A stretch of 64,000 nt of DNA from a bacterium (GTDB taxonomy: Bacteria; UBA8248): assembly GCA_965204535.1 (NCBI GenBank), contig CBDBEV010000001.1:2208001-2272000 (forward strand), given 5' to 3'. Positions 1 to 8,268 of the stretch are shown piece by piece. The translations under genes were made by a program, and so were the position numbers. Below the pieces are notes generated by a model that searched no databases, was not told where the DNA came from, and worked only from the letters and a program-made list of their open reading frames with translations. Each line of letters starts with the position of its first letter. The stretch's first letter is position 1.

Positions 1-2
1 AA

Positions 3-1805
3 GATGCGAAAGCGAAGCGCGACGAGGTCGCGATGGCGCTTGCCGACGATATGCGGGACACCGAGACCGGCATGAAGGTCACGGCGGCCGAGACGGCGGC
101 CGAGGGGCTTGAGGATGCCCGGACTGCCGAGGACATCGCAGACGCCGAGGAGGCCATTGCGGCCGCCAAGAGGGCGATTGCGGAAGGCGACGACCCGGAT
201 GCCTTCATGGCCGTGATTGAGGCAGCGGAAATGGCCGTGGCGCGCGCCAAGGAACTGAACGCCATTGATGCGGCAATCATGGCGGCCGATACGGCGGCTG
301 ACGGGCTGGTCGACGACTCGGATGCCGACGCCGTTGCGGCTGCCCAGGCGTTGATAGATGCAGCGAAGGCGCTTGTCGCTGGAAACGAACACCTCACCGA
401 TGCGGAAGAGACCTCCTACACCGGGGAGATCGCGGACCTCCAGCGCCCGGTCACCCTGGCGAAGAACCGCAATGACGACGCCGCGAAGAAAGAAGAGGAC
501 GCGCGCAAGGCCGCAGAAGATGAAAAGCAGCGCAAGGCGAACGAGGCCATGGCCGCCACGGCTGCGAAGCTGTATGCGGGAATCGGTGCTCCTATGGGGG
601 TGGTCGGCACCTACGCAACCACCGACCGCATCGCGGGCTATGCTGGAACCAACGATAGCCAGATCGCGGTGCAGATCGGCACCGACCCGGCGGCCACTGC
701 GGCTACCGCCACTCTCTCGGAAGACAAGAAAACGACGGTCCCCGACAACCACGGCTGGGAAGGCAAGAGGTACACGCATTCGGTGACGACTGGTGCCGAT
801 AAGGGCGACATGTACGAAGCGGTCGTCTACTCGGATGTCGGCGCACCGACGATGGGTGCGAAGTTCTCGGCTCAGTATCCCGGCACCGAAGCCTTTGTGT
901 CCGACGCAGGGGTGGTGACCGTTGACACCACTGACCCAGATACGCCAGCGTCGAGAGTTGCCATCGATAGCTTCACCCTGTCGGCTGGTACGAAGACCTT
1001 CCCGTTGCCGGATCCGAACCCGACCGATGTAGCGGCTATCTCCGAAGCTGGCAGCTTTCACGGGGTGCGCGGCACCTACAAGTGTGTGCCGACCTCAGCA
1101 ACCGACACCTGCTCTGCCACGCTGGCCACCAAGGGTCTCACGCTTACGGGCGGTACTTGGACGTTCACGCCCACCGACGCAAATGCCCGGGTGACGGAGT
1201 CGGCGGACAGCGACTACTCCTCCTACGGCTGGTGGCTCCTCCGCACGAAGGCGGACGGCTCGCTGACCGCGGGCGCCTTTGTGGATGACAGGAACACGGC
1301 CCCCACCACCGACGTCTCTGACTTGGTGGCGGGAAGCGCCACGTATAGGGGCGGCGCAGCCGGCAAGTACGCTTTGAGCAGCGCCACGGGCGGCACGAAC
1401 GACGCCGGCCACTTCACCGCGAGGGCGACGCTTGAGGCCGATTTCGAGAAGGACGAGGTCACCGGCACCATCGACCGGTTCATGGCGGACGGCGAGTCGA
1501 AGGATTGGACCGTCGAGTTGAAGAAGTCCGCCCTCTTCAATAACGGGACTGTGATTGGTGACCCCACCCGCGACGGAATCGATCTTACGGCGGCACCCGT
1601 AGCCGACGACGTGGCCCAGAAAACAGTCTGGACCATCGGCGGGAAGGCCGAAGCCGCCGATGGCGAGTGGTCCGGAGCGCTCAAGGACACCGCTGACACC
1701 AAGACCGACACCACCGGCGTTCCGAAGGTCGGGACCGGCACGTTCTACACCGAGTACGGCACTGCTGGCAGGATGGTCGGCGCGTTCGGCGTGAAGAAGC
1801 AGTAG
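3..1805 (+). CDS. TbpB-like (transferrin-binding-protein-like) beta-barrel surface protein with Ala/Asp/Glu-rich helical stalk; 5'-truncated by the window edge
   Basis: Frame is open from base 3 (DAKAKRDEVAM...). Ala-rich helical repeats are followed by a beta-rich region with SYGWWL, GSATYRGGAAGKYA, ATLEADF..VTGTIDRF and a terminal GRMVGAFGV strand, typical of TbpB C-lobe-like barrels. Confidence 0.75.
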   Translation, partial: DAKAKRDEVAMALADDMRDTETGMKVTAAETAAEGLEDARTAEDIADAEEAIAAAKRAIAEGDDPDAFMAVIEAAEMAVARAKELNAIDAAIMAADTAADGLVDDSDADAVAAAQALIDAAKALVAGNEHLTDAEETSYTGEIADLQRPVTLAKNRNDDAAKKEEDARKAAEDEKQRKANEAMAATAAKLYAGIGAPMGVVGTYATTDRIAGYAGTNDSQIAVQIGTDPAATAATATLSEDKKTTVPDNHGWEGKRYTHSVTTGADKGDMYEAVVYSDVGAPTMGAKFSAQYPGTEAFVSDAGVVTVDTTDPDTPASRVAIDSFTLSAGTKTFPLPDPNPTDVAAISEAGSFHGVRGTYKCVPTSATDTCSATLATKGLTLTGGTWTFTPTDANARVTESADSDYSSYGWWLLRTKADGSLTAGAFVDDRNTAPTTDVSDLVAGSATYRGGAAGKYALSSATGGTNDAGHFTARATLEADFEKDEVTGTIDRFMADGESKDWTVELKKSALFNNGTVIGDPTRDGIDLTAAPVADDVAQKTVWTIGGKAEAADGEWSGALKDTADTKTDTTGVPKVGTGTFYTEYGTAGRMVGAFGVKKQ

Positions 1806-1820
1806 CAGCGAAGAGCAAGA

Positions 1821-2061
1821 CGCCTCAGGCTTCCGGGGCTTCACGGCCCCGGGGCCCGAGGCGAAAAGAGGAGAGCGAAAAGGGGGTTGCCCGTTGGTTG
1901 CTTCTCTCGTGAGAGCAAACTGTACCGCTCCCTGCTGTGAGTTTGAGTCCTCGAGCCGGGAACGGGAACAACGGGCGGCCCCTGTTTTCGCTTCATGAAG
2001 ACAGGCCGGCGCCCCGCTCGGCCGGGCCTCGGACCTCAGGGATTGTGTCGCAGCAACTCCC
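1821..2061 (+). ncRNA. Candidate structured 3' UTR or ncRNA (hairpin, three-way junction, two further hairpins)
   Basis: Stem 1821-1863; ~24-bp stem 1873-1896/1969-1993 with G-U pairs enclosing hairpins 1898-1918 and 1925-1965; hairpins 2003-2029 and 2039-2061. Confidence 0.45.
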
Positions 2062-2067
2062 GCTTCC

Positions 2068-2099
2068 GCCGGCCCTTCGCGGGGTGTCGGCTTTTTTTT
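2068..2099 (+). terminator. Rho-independent terminator
   Basis: gccggccc-ttcgc-ggggtgtcggc stem-loop followed by a T8 run; a weaker second hairpin with T-run lies at about 2105-2132. Confidence 0.75.
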
Positions 2100-2134
2100 C
2101 TTTTACCCCCTTCGTCGGGGTGTTGCTTTTTTAT

Positions 2135-3145
2135 ACCCCCCTGACAAGGGGTTGTTGAAAAACCCTCCGGTGGGGAAGGAATCCCGATCATCGAATTGTT
2201 CACCGTAGGGACAGGCCCCCGTGCCTGTCCGAGGCCCTCGCGCCCTTGCTGTATCCGGGTGAATACGACCGACGGGCGGCCACGGGGGGCCGCCCCTACA
2301 ACTGCGGCGCGTAATCGCTGTAGGGACAGGTCGCGACCTGTCCCTACGGGGTGTCGCTTCCTCGGTCGGTTCGATTGCCCTCTCACTTGTTGAAAGGCAA
2401 CCCCCCCTACCCCCCCTTGTCAGGGGGGTAAGAAAGACCCCTCCCCCGCCAAAAAAGGATCAACTCCCCCCTTGAGGGGGAGTCAGCAAGACGAGGGCGT
2501 TAGCCCGAAGTCGCGCTGGTGGGGGGAGCTTTTATCCGTGGCATGTCCCCCCACCGAATCGGCCTTCGTCCAGTGGACTCGGCCTCTTCGTCTGGCTTTC
2601 CCCTCGGGAAGCCAGACCCTCAAGGGGGGAGTTGATTGCATATCTCGCGCGTGAAGGGATGATCCTCAAGGGGGGAGTTTATCTTGCTCGTTCATCGAGG
2701 CCTTTTCATACCCCCCTGTCAAGGGGGGGTAGGGGGGGTTGGTTTTGGGGCCAATCGGACAACCACAGGGGGTTGTCCCTACGCCCCGCGGACCCGTAGG
2801 GACAGGCCCCCGTGCCTGTCCGTGGCCCCGGCGCCTGTCCGTGGCCCTCGCGCCCTTGCTGTATCCGGGTGAATACGACCGACGGGCGGCCACGGGGGGC
2901 CGCCCCTACAACTGCGGCGCGTAATCGCTGTAGGGACTTCCTCGGTCGGTTCGATTGCCCTCTCACTTGTTGAAAGGACAGCCCCTCCTCGGGGCTGTCC
3001 TGCCCCCCCTACCCCCCCTTGACAGGGGGGTAAGAAAGACCTCTCCCCCGCCAAAAAAGGATCAACTCCCCCTCAAGGGGGGAGTGAATATAAAATTCTT
3101 CTCGGTGGAATAAGACCCCCCTGACAAAGGGGGAGGTGGCTTTCA
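2135..3145. repeat. Nest of REP/MITE-like palindromes containing a ~280-bp direct duplication (about 2203-2483 and 2795-3085)
   Basis: GTAGGGACAGG...CCTGTCC and GGGCGGC...GCCGCCCCTAC (GTAG-type REPs), repeated CCCCCCT(T)G(A/T)CAAGGGGG palindromes, and GGGGTTGTTGAAAAA at 2147. ORFs here are low-complexity shadows. Confidence 0.85.
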
Positions 3146-3154
3146 AGCCGGGGG

Positions 3155-3467
3155 CGCATTTGCCCGCATTTGGCGTTACCGGGCATGCGCCCGCGCGGGG
3201 CAGGATCGGGCGCGCGAATCGGGAGGAGTTTCGATGGACACGGGCCGGATGGATTGGGAAAGAAGAAAGCGAACGGAGCCGGCGTTTCCCGCGCGAGGGG
3301 CATTCCTGAAAAATTCGAGAAATATCGATAAATTGACGGGGTTTTCCTGTAAATTCCTGAATATGCAAATGGTTGTAATCAAAAGGGTTATCATATGAAT
3401 CTGAGCGTCCCGCACTCAGATGTGGCGCAAAAAAAAGTTTTTCAGGCTCCCGCGCATTTCCCCGCAA
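3155..3467. repeat. Dispersed non-coding element, copy 1
   Basis: Colinear with 53017-53388: GCATTT(G/C)CCCGCA borders, AAATATCGATAAATT, TTGTAATCAAAAG.GTTATCATA and CTGAGCGTCCCGCACTCAGAT.TGGCGCAAAAAAAA. Confidence 0.85.
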
Positions 3468-3550
3468 CTGCCCGCGTTTCCTCCCGCACCGCGTCACGCC
3501 GGCAAAGCCTCATTCATCAATCGGCTTTGACCCCCGCATTTGCCCGAAGC

Positions 3551-4519
3551 CTACTTGCGGATGGTGCCGAAGCTGAAGCCGGTGACGAGGTGCTTCTGGA
3601 TGAGGACGCCGAGGATGACCACGGGGATGGTGATGACCGTCCCGATCGCCGCCTGCGGCCCGTAGAGCCTCCCCTCCACCGCGCTCTGGAACTTGTTGAG
3701 CAGGATGGGCAGGGTGATGACCCTCGGCTGGGTGAGCGTCAGCGCGAGCAGGAACTCGCTCCAGTTCAGGATGAAGATGAACAGGAACGTCACCACCATG
3801 CCGGGCGCGACCAGGGGCATCACGACGCGGCGCAGGGTGTAGATGCGGCCCGCGCCCATGATGTGCGCGGCGTGCTCGACGGACTTGGGAATCTCCTCGA
3901 TGAAGTTCAGCATCATCCAGATGACGAAGGGCAGCGTGGTCGCGATGTAGAGGAGGCACAGGCCGGTGTAGGAGTCGATCATGCTGATCCGGTAGCCGAG
4001 GACCGTCTGGGTCGCGAAGGGGATCAGGATGGCGTAGTACATCACGACGGGGATCGCGATGATGATGGGCGGGACCATGCGGATGGTCAGGATCATGTAG
4101 CGGAAATACTTCCCCCCCACGTTGAAGCGCGAAATCGAGTAGGCCAGAAACGAGCCCAGCAGGAGCGCTGTCAGCGCGCTGACGGAGGAGACGAGCATCG
4201 AATCGCCCACCGCCCCCCAGATCGTGAAGACATGCTCGAGAACGTCGCGGTTGACGCGATCGCCCTGTCCGAACAGGCTGAAAATCAGCCGGTAGTTGTC
4301 CAGGGTGGGTTCGTATCCCCCGCCGATGAAGGACGGGAACCAGTTCGGCGGCCAGGCCAGCCAGTCGCCCGAATCCTTGAAGGAAGTCGATATCATCCAG
4401 AAGATCGGGAACATGATCATGCCCGCCCAGGTCAGCAGCGCGGCGTGGCGGAACCAGAAGAAGAGGTTGTAGCGCCTGGCGAAGGACATCTCCGCGCGCC
4501 TGCCGGCCCCGTTCGTCAT
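3551..4519 (-). CDS. Carbohydrate ABC transporter permease (MalG-type), duplicate copy
   Basis: PIFWMISTSFK, EAA-like loop (IPKSVEHAAHIMGAG), FIFILNWSEFLLAL; 322 aa, near-identical to 4607-5575. Confidence 0.92.
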   Translation of the reverse strand: MTNGAGRRAEMSFARRYNLFFWFRHAALLTWAGMIMFPIFWMISTSFKDSGDWLAWPPNWFPSFIGGGYEPTLDNYRLIFSLFGQGDRVNRDVLEHVFTIWGAVGDSMLVSSVSALTALLLGSFLAYSISRFNVGGKYFRYMILTIRMVPPIIIAIPVVMYYAILIPFATQTVLGYRISMIDSYTGLCLLYIATTLPFVIWMMLNFIEEIPKSVEHAAHIMGAGRIYTLRRVVMPLVAPGMVVTFLFIFILNWSEFLLALTLTQPRVITLPILLNKFQSAVEGRLYGPQAAIGTVITIPVVILGVLIQKHLVTGFSFGTIRK

Positions 4520-4569
4520 CTCATTCCCGCCTCCCGGGCGATGGACCGCTCCCGCACGAGCAGATACAT
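4516..4569 (-). pseudogene. 17-codon remnant of the MalF-type permease C-terminus (MYLLVRERSIAREAGMR*), overlapping the next start as ATGA
   Basis: Aligns with the end of 5572-6525 (IYLLVRERSIVEEERMG*), which shows the same ATGA overlap. Confidence 0.7.
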
Positions 4570-4606
4570 CCTGTCATTTATCCATTCCCCGCATCTGCGC
4601 GGGGGG

Positions 4607-5575
4607 CTACTTGCGGATGGTGCCGAAGCTGAATCCCGTGATGAGGTGTTTCTGGATCATGACGCCGAGGATGACCACCGGTACGGTGATGACGGTCCCG
4701 ATCGCGGCCTGCGGCCCGTAGAGCCTCCCCTCCATCGCGCTCTGGAACTTGTTGAGCAGGATGGGCAGCGTGATGACTCTCGGCTGGGTGAGCGTCAGCG
4801 CGAGCAGGAACTCGCTCCAGTTCAGGATGAAGATGAAGAGGAATGTCACCACCATGCCGGGCGCGACCAGGGGCATGACCACGCGGCGCAGCGTGTAGAT
4901 GCGCCCCGCGCCCATGATTTGGGCGGCGTGCTCGATGGTCTTGGGGATCTCCTCGATGAAGTTCAGCATCATCCAGATGACGAAGGGCAGCGTGGTCGCT
5001 ATGTAGAGGAGGCACAGGCCGGAGTAGGAGTCGATCATGCTGATCCGGTAGTTGAGGACCGTCTGGGTGGCGAAGGGAATCAGGATGGCGTAGTACATCA
5101 CGACGGGGATCGCGATGATGATGGGCGGGACCATGCGGATGGTCAGGATCATGTAGCGGAAATACTTTCCGCCCACGTTGAAGCGCGAAATCGAGTAGGC
5201 CAGAAACGTGCCCAGCAGGAGCGCGATCAGCGCGCTGATGGAGGAGACGACCATCGAATCGCGCACCGCCCCCCAGATCGTGAAAGCCTGTTCGGCGTAT
5301 TCGCGGCTGAGGCCTTCGCCGTGCCCGACGATGCTGAAAATCTGCCGGTAGTTGTGCAGGGTGGGTTCGTATCCCCCGCCGATGAAGGACGGGAACCAGT
5401 TCGGCGGCCAGGCCACCCAGTCGCCCGAATCCTTGAAGGAAGTCGAAACCATCCAGAAGATCGGGAACATGATCATGATCGCCCAGCATATCAGCGCGGC
5501 GTGGCGGAACCAGAAGAAGAGGTTGTAGCGCTTGGCGAAGGACATCTCCGCGCGCCTGTCGGTCTCGTTCGTCAT
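4607..5575 (-). CDS. Carbohydrate ABC transporter permease (MalG-type)
   Basis: Start at MTNETDRR overlaps the upstream stop; EAA-like loop; same length as its paralog. Confidence 0.92.
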   Translation of the reverse strand: MTNETDRRAEMSFAKRYNLFFWFRHAALICWAIMIMFPIFWMVSTSFKDSGDWVAWPPNWFPSFIGGGYEPTLHNYRQIFSIVGHGEGLSREYAEQAFTIWGAVRDSMVVSSISALIALLLGTFLAYSISRFNVGGKYFRYMILTIRMVPPIIIAIPVVMYYAILIPFATQTVLNYRISMIDSYSGLCLLYIATTLPFVIWMMLNFIEEIPKTIEHAAQIMGAGRIYTLRRVVMPLVAPGMVVTFLFIFILNWSEFLLALTLTQPRVITLPILLNKFQSAMEGRLYGPQAAIGTVITVPVVILGVMIQKHLITGFSFGTIRK

Positions 5576-6525
5576 CCCATTCGCTCCTCTTCGACGATGG
5601 ATCGTTCCCGCACGAGCAGATATATGCCGTAGAAGATGAGTGCTCCGAACATGAAGAGCAGCAGAATCGAGGCGGCCGCGCCGAAGCTGTACTTGTTGAA
5701 CTGCCACACCTGCCGCCAGAGGAAGAAAGCGATGGTTTCGGTCGAGGTGCCCGGCCCGCCGAAGGTGAGCAGTACGGACAGATCGAAGAGTTTAAGCGCC
5801 TCCATCGATCGAATGATGACGGCGATCATGATCGCGGGCTTCAGCAGCGGCAGGTGGACTTTCCAGAATATCTGCCACCTGCTTGCCCCCAGAACGCGCG
5901 CGGCGTTGGTGAGTTGTTGCGGAAGCGCGGCGAAACCCGAGAGGAAGATCAGGAACGTGAGCGACGTCCACTGCCAGACGTCGGCGAGGATGATCGCCCA
6001 CTGCGCGGCGATGGGGTGCGAGAGCCAGCGGATGCGCGGGTTCACGCCCATGGCTTCGGTGATCGGAGACAGAATCTGGTTGAGGGGTCCCGAGTCGATG
6101 TAGATCATCGAAAAGTTGTAGCCCCCCACGACCGGCACCACCATCATGGGGACCAGGAAAATCGTGATGTAGATTCGCCTCCCCCGGAATTGCTTGTAGG
6201 CCAGCATGGCGAGAAGAAAGCCGAAGAGCAGTTCGAGCAATACCGCCGTTCCCGCGAAGTAAAAAGTCCGCCCGAGCGCCCACCAGAAATCCTCGGTGGT
6301 GAGGACGCGAGTGTAATTCAACAAACCGTGAAAATAGGCCTGCTCGAAGGGCCGGTTGGCGCGCCACTTGAGGAGGCTGATGTAGATGGTGAGTATGAAG
6401 GGAACGGCGAGAAGCAGGAGGAAGGTCGCCTCCACCATGATGAACGGTATCAGGCGGAAAACCTTCTCCTGCGACAGCCAGGCCGAGAGACTCTTGCGTT
6501 CTTTTATCGTCGATGCTTGGGCCAT
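5572..6525 (-). CDS. Carbohydrate ABC transporter permease (MalF-type)
   Basis: GLLNY, ADVWQWT, AARVLGASRWQIFWKVHLPLLKP, GGPGTSTET motifs. Confidence 0.92.
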   Translation of the reverse strand: MAQASTIKERKSLSAWLSQEKVFRLIPFIMVEATFLLLLAVPFILTIYISLLKWRANRPFEQAYFHGLLNYTRVLTTEDFWWALGRTFYFAGTAVLLELLFGFLLAMLAYKQFRGRRIYITIFLVPMMVVPVVGGYNFSMIYIDSGPLNQILSPITEAMGVNPRIRWLSHPIAAQWAIILADVWQWTSLTFLIFLSGFAALPQQLTNAARVLGASRWQIFWKVHLPLLKPAIMIAVIIRSMEALKLFDLSVLLTFGGPGTSTETIAFFLWRQVWQFNKYSFGAAASILLLFMFGALIFYGIYLLVRERSIVEEERMG

Positions 6526-6615
6526 CGTTTCTTCGTCTTCATTCGAGTCAAAGTGTTGCGCGCGGTGCGCCCGCCCCGGCTTTCACACCGGAGCGGGCGC
6601 TCTTGTGCGCGGTGT

Positions 6616-8091
6616 TTAGTTGGTCGGCGCGAACTTGTCGATGTAAGCGCCGCTGGCGACGCTCGCTCTCCAAGCCGCAATTTGCTCTTTCCGGCCGATG
6701 TCCTCGGTGATGCGGTTCCAGCCTTTTTCGACGTTCTTCGCCGCCTGCTCGGCGGAGATGTTGCCCTGCATGACCTGCGCCATGTTCTTGTCGAGCACGT
6801 TGAAGTACTCGTAGTTACCCTCGATCATGAGCAGGGAGATGGCGTTTTTCGCGTTCTTCATCGTCATCTTCACGAAAGGCTCGGTGTGCTTGGCGAGCAC
6901 GGCCTTGTTCGTCAGGTTCGACATGCGCATCGGGTCCCAGAAGCCCGCCGGGTCGGCGATGGCGATGTCGCCCTGGGTCGGGCCCGTGAACCACTGGATG
7001 AAGTAGTAGGCGAGCTCGGGGTGTTTGCTGTGCGCGTTCACCATGTAGCCGGTGCCGGCCGCCTGCGGCGCGCGGCGCACCATCTTGCCGCTCGCGCCTT
7101 TCACGGCGGGAACCGGGCAGGCCAGCTGCTTACCGCTGATCTTGCTCTTCGGGTTGCGGTTGGCGTAGCCCATCGCCGAGGGGAAGGACATGAACGAGAA
7201 GGCCCGTCCGCTGCCCCAGTGAGGATAGAGCTGCGGCGTTCCCCAGCCCTGCACGTCGGGCGGCATGTACTTGACGATCGAGGTGAATTCCTTGATCGCC
7301 CGGATGCCGTTCGGCGTGTTGATGGTGGGGTTCATGTTCTTGTCGAACAGCAGTCCGCCCATATAAGCCGGGAAGTGCCTGTAGGAGAAGTTGATGCTCC
7401 GGTAGGCCTGCGCGCCGTAGAGCGGCTGATCGAACTTCATGCCCCAGCGGGTCTGGCCCTTTTTCGTGTGGAAGAACTTGGCCATCTGCTCCCACTCGGC
7501 CATCGTGTCGGGACATCCGGGAGCCTTGCCGAACTTGGCCTTGTACTCCTTCGCGGCCGCCTTCATGACGTCCGAGCGCAGGAACAGCGCGATGTGGTCG
7601 CCGTCGAGGATGAACCAGTAGGTGTTCCCCTTGTACTTCTGCTGCGCCAGAAGGCCCGAGTCGATGCCCGTGAAGTCGGGTTTCCCCTTGGCCATGTACG
7701 CATCGAGCGGCTGGAGCGTGCCCGCGCCCACCGCGTCGGGAATGACGTAGGGGAAGTGGTTGATGACGTCGTACTGCCCCGTCTTCGCCACGGCTTCGGC
7801 CATGATCTTGGCCGGGATGTCGGTGTAGCCGTACTGGATGGAGCCCATCTCGACGCCGGTGAGCTTCTTCCATTCCCTCAGGTATTTCGGCTGGGAGTTT
7901 TTGAAGAGCGAAATCAGGAGCATGGTCTGCTTCGGATTCTTCAGATTATGCTTCTTGATGTACGCTTTCGCTCCGTTGATGGCGCGCTCCTCAACCGTCT
8001 TGCCCGGGTGGACCATGGCGGCGAAAGACGTTGAGGCCACGAAAACCGTGAAGCCGATCAGAATCAGTGTTGCGAGAAAAATTCTCTTCAT
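6616..8091 (-). CDS. Carbohydrate ABC transporter substrate-binding protein
   Basis: Signal peptide, CUT1 SBP features (PDTMAEWEQMAKFF, HPELAYYFIQW), strong RBS GGAGGAGG. Confidence 0.9.
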   Translation of the reverse strand: MKRIFLATLILIGFTVFVASTSFAAMVHPGKTVEERAINGAKAYIKKHNLKNPKQTMLLISLFKNSQPKYLREWKKLTGVEMGSIQYGYTDIPAKIMAEAVAKTGQYDVINHFPYVIPDAVGAGTLQPLDAYMAKGKPDFTGIDSGLLAQQKYKGNTYWFILDGDHIALFLRSDVMKAAAKEYKAKFGKAPGCPDTMAEWEQMAKFFHTKKGQTRWGMKFDQPLYGAQAYRSINFSYRHFPAYMGGLLFDKNMNPTINTPNGIRAIKEFTSIVKYMPPDVQGWGTPQLYPHWGSGRAFSFMSFPSAMGYANRNPKSKISGKQLACPVPAVKGASGKMVRRAPQAAGTGYMVNAHSKHPELAYYFIQWFTGPTQGDIAIADPAGFWDPMRMSNLTNKAVLAKHTEPFVKMTMKNAKNAISLLMIEGNYEYFNVLDKNMAQVMQGNISAEQAAKNVEKGWNRITEDIGRKEQIAAWRASVASGAYIDKFAPTN

Positions 8092-8268
8092 CTCGATTCC
8101 TCCTCCCTCCTGGTTAGGAAAGGCGATGTCATGCTTGCGAATCGCCGGGTTCGAACGCTAAGTTCCCATTAACTGATTCTTCCTGCCTTATTCCGATGTT
8201 GCCACTTCCTTGCGATACATCGTTTTCCAGACCTTTGTTATTTTTCGTTGGCCATGCAGCGCCGGCCG

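Noticed and set aside
1873-1993. Hammerhead ribozyme or cobalamin riboswitch assignment for the three-way junction
   Set aside because: Lacks the CUGANGA/GAAA core. GCAAACTGTA only loosely resembles a cobalamin-riboswitch motif and the other elements are missing.
2135-3145. CRISPR array or small protein genes in the repeat nest
   Set aside because: No constant repeat with unique equal-length spacers and no cas genes; the ORFs are translations of palindromes.
3551-5575. Diversity-generating retroelement template/variable repeat pair
   Set aside because: Differences between copies are not adenine-specific, the whole gene is duplicated, and there is no reverse transcriptase in the window.
3395-8034. 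Long + strand ORFs (745 aa and 726 aa)
   Set aside because: Antisense shadows of the ABC genes, caused by high-GC codon bias; no recognisable motifs.
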